This document shows positions 1 through 7,316 of a stretch of DNA of 8,593 nucleotides, one piece after another. The notes beneath the pieces were generated by a model. The model did no database searches and had not been told where the DNA came from. It worked only from the letters and a program-made list of their open reading frames with translations. Positions within the stretch are counted from its first letter, which is position 1. Every line of letters begins with the position of its first letter. Source of the DNA: Octopus sinensis. Its lineage: Eukaryota. Both the position numbers and the translations under genes were made by a program. The DNA lies in contig NW_021828347.1 of assembly GCF_006345805.1 (NCBI RefSeq), positions 1 to 8,593 of the forward strand, given 5' to 3'.

Positions 1-141
1 TGATAATCATAACAAAAATTAGCGAAAAAGTACGAAACATGGAGAGCTAAAGAAAAAAAAAATGGCGGCTTCGTTTCCAATGTGATCTGTTTGACGCGGT
101 TAACTGATGTGTGTGTTTGCGTGTATGCTTCAGCGTATAAT

Positions 142-790
142 TGTATGTATGCATGCATGCATGTATTTGAGTATTATGCATCTATGTATGTATGTATGTA
201 TACATATATATACTATATATATATATATATATATAATATATATATATGTACATATATATATGTACATATAGGTATAACATATACATACATACATGCATAC
301 ATCGCTACATACAACATACAATATATATATACATACAAATAAATGCGTTTAAGTCCGTATCTCACAAAATGCCTGTTGGTAAATGTACAAATAAGAAAGT
401 TTTTATAGATACGTATGTATCTAGTATGTAAATTCATGCGTGTATATGTCTATAAAGGATACATACATAAGTAATATACAATATATATTAAATACATGTA
501 TGTTATGTAAATATATATATGTAATGTATATATATATGTATATATATATATATATATATACAACATACATATACATACATACCTACATATAATATACATA
601 TAATATACTATATATATATATTATATATATATATATATACTCGTGTGTAAATATACATATGTGTGCGCGTGTATATGTATATATACTAACAAGCAACACA
701 TGCACACAATATATATGTATATATTATAGATATATATATATATGGTCATAGTATATCTATATATATAATCTATAAGTTGGTATATACATA
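142..790. repeat. Compound (TA)n/(TATG)n/(TACA)n microsatellite tract with short interruptions
   Basis: Runs of tatata, tatgtatg and tacataca are directly visible; boundaries approximate. Explains the Y/I/M/C/V-rich ORFs at 82-875. Confidence 0.95.
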
Positions 791-849
791 CACCACACAA
801 CACTCTCACGCCACCACTCACACGTTCAAACGCACATATACACGTAAAA

Positions 850-865
850 CAGCGCCACCTAGACG
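850..865 (-). promoter_or_regulatory. CTCF-like motif (candidate only)
   Basis: Minus strand reads CGTCTAGGTGGCGCTG versus the CTCF core CCAC(T/C)AG(G/A)TGGCGC; the 3' 12 nt match, with two mismatches in the CCAC part. Confidence 0.25.
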
Positions 866-1129
866 CACTGAACATAGCAAAAACAGTTGGAAGCGTGAAA
901 TTATCTGATTGAGCTGTTTAAAAAATTGGGTTCCTCACCTGTGAAAATACGAAGCCCCTAAAAAACTATAGGGTCGAGGCTCTGGTGATAGCTTTATCTC
1001 TTAAGGTACACGATATGTCGCGGTGTTGGTAGGGGCCTTGGGATTCGGGTAAAAGTATCCAGAAAAACGGGTAGTTTCGTTCAAAGGGGAGATAATATAT
1101 TGTCCTAATATGGCGTCTTATAGAAGAAT

Positions 1130-1870
1130 GTTTTGGTGTTAATGGGAGCGATAATAATGGTGGTAGTATTGGTGGTGGTGGTAATGGTGATGGTGGTTTT
1201 GGCTGTGGTGGTGATGGTGGTGGTAGAGGTGGTGGTAGTGGTGGTGCTAATGGTGGTAGTACTGGTAGCGCTAGTGGTGGTAATAGTAGTGGTGATTGGT
1301 GCGATGGTGGTTTTGGTTGTGGTGGTGGTGGAGGGTAGACGTGGTGCTAGTGGTGGTGCTAATGGTGGCAGTAGTTTTAGTGCTGATGGCATTGGCGGTG
1401 GTAGTGGTGATGGTGGTGATGGCAGTTTTGGTTGTAGTGGGGTGCTGGTACTGGTGGTGATAATGGTGGTTCTAATGTAGTAGTAGTAGTAGTAGTTGTG
1501 GTAGTGCCGGTGGTGGCGGTGGTAGTGGTGACTGTGATGGTAGTTGTGATGGTGAATGTGACGGTGGTTGTGATGATGTTTTGTGTACTGATTGTGATAA
1601 TGGTAATAGTTGTGGTGGTGGTTGGGGTGGTGGTGTTGCTGCTGCTGCTGCTGCTGATGATGATGATTGAGGTAGTGGTTGTTGTGGTGATGGTAGTGGT
1701 AGTATTATTGGTGATAATGATAGTGATGACGATGGTGGTCATTGTGGTGGTGATAGTCGTGGTGGTGATGGTGGTAGTAGCGGCGGTGGTAGCTCTGACA
1801 GTGGTTGCGTATTGTTGGTTGTAGAAGCTGTAGTATTTGCTGGTGATGACGATGGTCATAGCGATGACAA
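1130..1870. repeat. Degenerate (GGT/GAT/GTA)n trinucleotide array, with embedded (TAG)n at ~1478-1496 and (CTG)n at ~1637-1655
   Basis: Continuous 3-nt periodicity (ggtggtggtagtgatgg...), G/T-rich on the + strand; gives poly-Val/poly-Thr pseudo-ORFs on both strands. Confidence 0.93.
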
Positions 1871-2028
1871 TGTGCAAGAAGACAAAGGACTTAGCGGATG
1901 CAGTATATGAAGCTGGTATCGATTAAATGAGGGGTGATGGTATTTATGATTAATGGAACGGCGTGAAATGAAAATGGAGAGAGAGATAGAGAGAACGATT
2001 GATAGAAAAGGAAACTTGATATATACAT

Positions 2029-2842
2029 AGGCGTAAGAGTGGCTGTGTGGTAAGTAGCTACTCACCAACCACATGGTTCCGGGTTCAGTCCCACTGCGTG
2101 GCACCTTAGGCAAGTGTCTTCTACTATAGCCTCGGGCCGACCAAAGCCTTGTGAGTGGATTTGGTAGATGGAAACTGAAAGAAGCCTGTCATATATACTC
2201 TTTACTCTTTTACTTGTTTCAGTCATTTGACTGTGGCCATGCTGGAGCACCGCCTTTAGTCGAGCAAATCGACCCCGGGACTTATTCTTTGTAAGCCCAG
2301 TACTTATTCTATCGGTCTCTTTTGCCGAACCGCTAACTGACGGGGACGTAAACACACCAGCATCGGTTGTCAAGCAATGCTAAGAGAACAAACACAGACA
2401 CACAAACATACACACACATGCACACATAAATATATATATACATATATACGACAGGCTTCTTTCAGTTTCCGTCTACCAAATCCACTCACAAGGCATTGGT
2501 CGGCCCGGGGCTATAGCAGAAGACACTTGCCCAAGATGCCACGCAGTGGGACTGAACCCGGAACCATGTGGCTGGTTAGCAAGCTACTTACCACCCAGCC
2601 ACTCCTGCGCCTATGTATATATGTATATATATGTGTGTTTGTGTGTCTGTGTTTGTCACCCACCAACATCGCTTGACAACCGATGCTGGTGTGTTTACGT
2701 CCCCGTAACTTAGCGGTTCGGCAAAAGATACCGATAGAATAAGTACTGGGCTTACAAAATAATAAGTCCCGGGGTCGAGTTGCTCGACCAAAGGCGGTGC
2801 TCCAGCATGGCCGCAGTCAAATGACTGAAACAAGTAAAAGAG
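2029..2842 (+). mobile_element. tRNA-derived CORE-type SINE, copy A (octopus OR-like family), split by copy B: 5' half 2029-2196, 3' half 2613-2842
   Basis: A-box-like TGGCTGTGTGG (2040-2050), B-box-like GGTTCAGTCCC (2082-2092), CORE-like CACCTTAGGCAAGTGTCTT (resembling MIR core GACCTTGGGCAAGTCACTT). Its two halves are the reverse complements of the two halves of copy B and end in a GTAAAAGAG tail. Family name from recall. Confidence 0.88.
2197..2612 (-). mobile_element. Full-length tRNA-derived CORE-type SINE, copy B (same family as A), nested in A
   Basis: Minus strand: AGGCGCAGGAGTGGCTGGGTGG head (A box at 2591-2601), B box at 2548-2558, CORE-like segment, TA/TG spacer (~2390-2449), 3' body and AAAAGAGTAAAGAGT tail ending at 2197. 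Head is ~90% identical to 2029-2190 by manual alignment. Confidence 0.9.
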
Positions 2843-2954
2843 ACCGATAGAATAAGTACTGGGCTTACAAAGAATAAGTCCTGGGGTCGATTTGCTCGAC
2901 CAAAGGCGGTGCTCCAGCATGGCCACAGTCACATGACTGAAACAAGTAGAAGAG
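2836..2954 (+). mobile_element. Tandem second copy of the SINE 3' end (113-bp period; duplicate of 2723-2835)
   Basis: aaaagataccgatagaataagtactgggcttac... at 2723 recurs as aaaagagaccgatagaataagtactgggcttac... at 2836, continuing through ...tgactgaaacaagta, with about 6 differences. Confidence 0.92.
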
Positions 2955-3360
2955 AAAAAGTGTATATACACGACAAGATTATAAACGAGTATATATATAG
3001 GAGAGCAGGGAAGAAAAGAGAAGGAAACAGAAGGTGACTGAAACAGGATGGCGATGATAGTAGAAGAAAACAGAGGAAAAAGATGAAAACGAGAAGAGAG
3101 AAGAAAGAAAATGTAAGACGGAAGTAGAGAGTAAACAAAAGAAAAAAACTGGGAGAGAGAAACATGTATAAAAGATGTTGCAGACGATAGGACGAAAGTG
3201 AAGAAAGGAGAAATCGCCATCTAAAGCGAGGGAAGAAAAATATGTTAGAAGAAAAAGGAAGAGCAAAGATTGAAGAAAATCCAAGATTGAAGATAGAAGA
3301 AGAGTAATGACAGATGAAACTCGAAATAGGCGCAGGACCGAAAGCGAGAGATATAAGATT
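2955..3360. repeat. Purine-rich (GA/GAA) low-complexity tract
   Basis: Strong A/G bias on the + strand (gaagaaaagagaagg...); source of the F/L/S-rich antisense pseudo-ORFs. Boundaries approximate. Confidence 0.75.
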
Positions 3361-3552
3361 TTAGTGTGGTGGGTTGTCATATATTCTTTTTAAACTAATC
3401 ACAAGTTCGGAAGACAATGTATAGACAAGGGTCTCACTAAAGTTTTTGAGTTTTCAAATATTCTTTTAGTCTGCATCGGTATATTTTCAAACGTACATTC
3501 AGTAAATTAATGGATTAATGTTCAGGAATTTTCTGTAAATAACTTGTTGGAT

Positions 3553-3878
3553 CTTAAAAAGACTCCGCCGGTTACGACGACGAGGGTCCCAGCTGATACG
3601 ATCAACGGAACAGCTTGCTCGTGAAATTAACGTGCAAATGGCTGAGCATTCCACAGACACGTGTACCCTTAACGTAGTTCTCGGGGATAACAGCGTGACA
3701 CAGAGAGTGACAAGGCTGACCCTTTGAATACACGTACAACTTATTTTTGCCAGCTGAGTGGACTGGAGCAACGTGAAATAAAGTGTCTTGCTCAGGACAC
3801 AACGAGTCGCCGGAATCGAACTCACAACCTTACGATCATGAGCCGAATGCCCTAACCACTAAGCCACGCGCCCTCACT
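3553..3878 (-). mobile_element. Full-length tRNA-derived SINE, second family (copy C), with 11-bp target-site duplication
   Basis: Minus strand starts AGTGAGGGCGCGTGGCTTAGTGGTTAGG; consensus A box TGGCTTAGTGG (+ 3856-3866) and B box GTTCGATTCC (+ 3812-3821); CORE-like GTGTCCTGAGCAAGACACTT follows; exact direct repeat ACTTGTTGGAT at 3542-3552 and 3879-3889. Confidence 0.92.
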
Positions 3879-3945
3879 ACTTGTTGGATAATGTAACGGA
3901 GAATGCTCAAACAGGGTCGGCTTTTTTTATAGCTGTTAACCAGCC

Positions 3946-3958
3946 TTCTAGAATCTTC
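3946..3958. promoter_or_regulatory. Perfect 3-unit heat-shock element (HSF site), copy 1
   Basis: TTC-ta-GAA-tc-TTC matches nTTCnnGAAnnTTCn exactly; an extra GAAaaTTC lies at 3977-3984. Function unproven. Confidence 0.45.
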
Positions 3959-4205
3959 GACCAAACTGTTTGGCGGGAAAATTCGTTTACTGTCTTTGAA
4001 GTTTTGTCGCCCCTGTATTAACAAGACAGCTTGGTCGAACCAATTACATCCACCAACACCATCATCATCATCATCATCATCATCACAGCTTTTGCCACTA
4101 CCACCACCATCAACACCACTACCACGTTCAACAGATTTCTTGCATGGTTTAGCGGTTTTCAACTTAGGCTGACTTTGACAGCTATTTTATAGCTGTTAGC
4201 CAGCC

Positions 4206-4218
4206 TTCTAGAATCTTC
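4206..4218. promoter_or_regulatory. Perfect 3-unit heat-shock element, copy 2
   Basis: TTCTAGAATCTTC; an extra GAAaaTTC lies at 4237-4244. Function unproven. Confidence 0.45.
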
Positions 4219-4306
4219 GACCAAGCAGTTTAATGAGAAAATTCGCTTATTTTCTCTGAATTCTTGTCGCCTCTATCTTGATAAGTTAGTTAGTGTTAAC
4301 TGGTCG

Positions 4307-4315
4307 AACCAATCA
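4307..4315 (+). promoter_or_regulatory. CCAAT box (NF-Y consensus RRCCAATSR), module copy 2
   Basis: AACCAATCA; equivalent CCAAT in copy 1 at 4040-4044. Confidence 0.3.
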
Positions 4316-4579
4316 CATTTACCACCACCACTATCATCATCATCACCATCATCATCATCACCATCACACCATCATCATCATCATCATCATCATCATCACC
4401 GCCACCACCATCACCACCACCAATATTTAGCGCTTTTGTCGACTACAACATGAACAGTTCACTTCTAAATGAAAAGGTGGAGACAATAACTCATTGAGAT
4501 TGCAACCGACTTCGTGCATGGTTTAGCGGTTTTGTAGTTAGGTTAAATTCGACAGCCTTTTTATAACTGTTAACCGACC

Positions 4580-4592
4580 TTCTAGAATCTTC
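4580..4592. promoter_or_regulatory. Perfect 3-unit heat-shock element, copy 3
   Basis: TTCTAGAATCTTC retained although the flanks diverge from copies 1 and 2. Confidence 0.45.
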
Positions 4593-4668
4593 GGCTAAAC
4601 TGTTTTTAAAAAAATCACTTACTTTCTTTGAATTTTTGCTGTCTCCATCGTAGCAAGTCAATTAGTAA

Positions 4669-4687
4669 TGATTGGTAGGGCCAATCA
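4669..4687. promoter_or_regulatory. Pair of oppositely oriented CCAAT boxes, module copy 3
   Basis: TGATTGG (4669-4675, CCAATCA on the minus strand) and GGCCAATCA (4679-4687). Confidence 0.3.
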
Positions 4688-4733
4688 CATTGACTTTGGC
4701 TTTAATACCTTTTATGGCGATACTTTTCATTCG

Positions 4734-4820
4734 ATGGAAATATATCAGCTCGTTGTTGAAGACTGGGAAATTCTGAGAGATACGATTCAGATTTCACTCG
4801 GGTTACAGCTACAAGATAGG
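4734..4820 (+). CDS. Candidate short exon (MEIYQLVVEDWEILRDTIQISLGLQLQDR), phase-0 donor; product unknown
   Basis: ATG at 4734 in ATGG context, open frame in non-repetitive sequence, ends at AGG|GTAAGT (4821-4826). An alternative acceptor CAG at 4746-4748 gives a 72-nt exon in the same frame. No homology recognised. Confidence 0.18.
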
Positions 4821-4826
4821 GTAAGT

Positions 4827-5275
4827 GAGAAGACAGACGTAAAAAAAAATGAAGGTAAAAGATTAAAAAGAGGAGACCGAGGACAGACATCAGAACATAG
4901 AAGACAAAAAGAAGCAAAAGGCAGTTAACAAAAGATCACAAATGATTGCAAAACAAGACAGACGATACATGACAAAAGGCGACAGAATACAACATACGAC
5001 AGAAGGTATCGAAAAAAAATGGCAGACGACAAGAAAAGGCAGAAGAAATATAGACAAAAAAATGAAAGACGAAGACGACATTAACAACAACGAGACAGAA
5101 GACACACTAAATTAAAGAAGAAAATGTGAACAAATAAAAAAAGATGATGAAATAATACAGAATATAAAAATGTATAAAGAACACAGAAGACAGAAATCAG
5201 AAGTAGACAGATCAGGAGCACAGATTTGCAAAGGGGGACGTCGAAATGACAGAAGAGCGACATGGAAGGCTCGGA
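4827..5275. repeat. A-rich degenerate GACA/GAAGAC low-complexity tract
   Basis: Recurrent gacagaa, agaagac and acgacag words with strong A/G bias on the + strand; boundaries approximate. Confidence 0.7.
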
Positions 5276-5553
5276 ATAAATTATTATTATTAGCGTGTTT
5301 ATGTATTCATTTATTTTTATTTTATTAAGCCAAAAAAAGGGGGGGGAGTATGTCAGGTGGTTTGTTGGTTAGGGTAAGGGTGCTTGTGGGTAAACAGTAA
5401 TAATTAACCCTTCAAATTATCCCTGTTTAGCAGAGCAGAAGGTAAACATTTGTGGCAGAAGATAACAGTTGTTTTTTTTATATGTTGAGGGGTCGGATTT
5501 GATGTTCGTCTTCGTCGTCGCTCTTATATTTTGATGGTGTCTGGTAATATACG

Positions 5554-5660
5554 AGGTGGTAATGGTAATGGTAGCAGTGGTGGTGGTAGTGGTGATAGTG
5601 GTGGTGGCGACGGTGGTATGGTGGTGGTTATTGATGATGGCGGTGGTGGTGGTGGTAGTT
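5554..5660. repeat. Degenerate (GGT)n array
   Basis: gaggtggtaatggtaatggtagcagtggtggtggtagtgg...ggtggtggtggtggtag. Confidence 0.9.
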
Positions 5661-5699
5661 ATGTATCAAAGTTGTAGCGGTTTATGACTTTGTTTGCCT

Positions 5700-6108
5700 A
5701 TATATATTCTGTATGTATGTATGTATGTATGTATGTATGTATGTATGTATGTATGTATGCATGTATGTATATATATATATCTATATATATATATATATAA
5801 ATATATATATCGTAATGTATTTGTATAAATCTATATGTGTATGTATCATACGTGTATGTATATATATATATCTATATATATATAAATATGTATATATATA
5901 TATATATATATGATACAATTGTATTACAACTATATTTATGTATGTATATATTATAAACATACGTGAGTACGGTCATGCGTAAATAATGTGCCAAGGCGAA
6001 AGCTTACATGCACACACGTGTGTTTATTTATGTATACGTGTGTGTGTGTGTATGTGTATGTATATATCTATCTATGCATGTATGTATGCGTGTATGTATA
6101 TATGTATG

Positions 6109-6158
<50 letters not shown>

Positions 6159-6550
6159 TATGTATGCATGTTTGCATATATGTATGTATATATATATATG
6201 TATGTATGTATGTATATATGTATGCATATATTTATATCTGTATGTATATATGTATATATGTATGTATGTATGCATGTATATATGTATCCATCTATGTATG
6301 TATATATATGTATGTATATATGTATGTATGTATATATATATATATGATGTATGTATGCATGCATGCATGTATGTATATATGTATGATGTATGTACGTATA
6401 CATACATGTATGTATGTATGTATGCATGTATGTAAAAATGTATGCATGTATCTATATATGTATATATATATATATATATAGGTATATATGTATGAATGAT
6501 GTATGTATGTATGTATGTACGTATGTATGTATGTGTGTATGTATGTATAT
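5700..6550. repeat. Compound (GTAT)n/(TA)n microsatellite
   Basis: (GTAT)12 at 5711-5758, pure (TA)n runs (e.g. ~6115-6152), and long degenerate tatg/tata runs. Confidence 0.97.
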
Positions 6551-6659
6551 GTAATACAACTATCTACCCACTTCGCTTGAGTTGATACTTGAACACACAT
6601 ACACACGTGCGAGCGCACAAATAGAAGAAACATATATCAAAATACATGCACACATACAT

Positions 6660-6910
6660 ACATGTCTGTGAATGTGCGTGCGTATGTGTATGTGTGTGTC
6701 TGTGATGTGTGCATGTATGTGCGTGTATGTGATGTGTGTGAGTATATGTGTGTGTATGCGTGTGTATGTGTGTGTCTCTGATGTGTGTGAGTGTATGTGT
6801 GTGTCTGTGATGTGTGTGAGTGTATGTGTGTGTCTGTGATATGCGTGCGTGTATGCCTGTGTATGTGTGTGTCTCTGATGTGTGCGCGTATGTGTTTGTG
6901 TATGTTTGTA
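6660..6910. repeat. Degenerate (TG)n tract containing a 29-bp minisatellite (GTATGTGTGTGTCT(G/C)TGATGTGTGTGAGT)
   Basis: Unit starts at 6764, 6793 and 6822, with a further copy at 6861. Confidence 0.85.
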
Positions 6911-6946
6911 TGACCTGTGCAAGGAAGGAAAAGTGTATATATATGC

Positions 6947-6950
<4 letters not shown>

Positions 6951-7020
<70 letters not shown>
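6951..7020. repeat. Perfect (AC)35 microsatellite
   Basis: 70 uninterrupted bases of AC. Confidence 0.99.
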
Positions 7021-7026
<6 letters not shown>

Positions 7027-7229
7027 GCGAATGGAGAAAATCCCGGATTTAACCCGTCCTCCAATTTGTATTTGATGGATACCCGTTTTTAAGCTAATCC
7101 ATCCACCCTTAATTAAACGAGTGTATCCAGTGAAGCATCGGACCATCCACCCGTATGTAGCCCTCTCATTCATCATTAGATAACGCGGGTCGACCGACCT
7201 CATTACTAGAGGCAGCACTACCGCTAACA

Positions 7230-7281
7230 CCGCCATCGCCATCACCATCATCATCACCATCATCATCATCGTCAGCAGCAG

Positions 7282-7316
<35 letters not shown>

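Larger units (their letters stand above)
3920..4691 (+). repeat. Three diverged tandem copies of a ~180-bp module (3920-4049 5'-truncated; 4130-4319; 4504-4691) separated by (ATC)/(ACC)-containing spacers
   Basis: Shared blocks TGCATGGTTTAGCGGTTTT (4141, 4515), TTTTATA.CTGTTA, CCTTCTAGAATCTTCG (3944, 4204, 4578) and CCAAT.ACAT (4040, 4309, 4681). Copies 2 and 3 are ~75% identical by manual alignment; the spacers share GCTTTTG..(G)ACTAC. Confidence 0.92.

Noticed and set aside
82-875. ORFs rich in Y/I/M/C/V/H/T (and the similar set at 5713-7064)
   Set aside because: Direct translations of (TA)n, (TATG)n, (TG)n and (AC)n repeats; no domain-like sequence.
1041-1075. CGGGT/ACCCG words here and at 7051-7190 (11-nt inverted match TACCCGTTTTT), reminiscent of hAT sub-terminal motifs
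   Set aside because: Matches are too short; no terminal inverted repeats, 8-bp TSD or transposase remnant found.
1105-1877. Poly-Val, poly-Thr and Gly-rich ORFs on both strands
   Set aside because: Stop-free frames follow from the GGT/ACC composition; the register shifts several times and there is no splice or domain support.
2062-2676. ORFs 1856-2113, 2062-2373, 2377-2676 and 3499-3825 with ordinary-looking amino-acid composition
   Set aside because: They lie largely or wholly within SINE copies; the recurring peptide MPxxPRSGTEPGTMWLVS is simply the antisense of the SINE head.
3327-3337. TAGGCGCAGGA, identical to the start of the SINE A/B head
   Set aside because: Only 11 bp, with no continuation into A box, B box or core; compatible with chance.
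3805-3878. tRNA gene on the minus strand
   Set aside because: A and B boxes are present, but the sequence continues into a SINE body bounded by a TSD, and no complete acceptor stem or terminator is evident; it is a tRNA-derived SINE head.
3920-4691. CRISPR-like repeat-spacer array
   Set aside because: Units are ~180 bp and ~25% diverged, spacers are homologous microsatellites, the context is eukaryotic, and there are no cas genes.
4758-4805. EDWEILRDTIQI resembling the WEIPR-type motif preceding tyrosine kinase domains
   Set aside because: The following residues (SLGLQLQDR) lack the GxGxFG loop at the expected spacing; similarity is too short to call.
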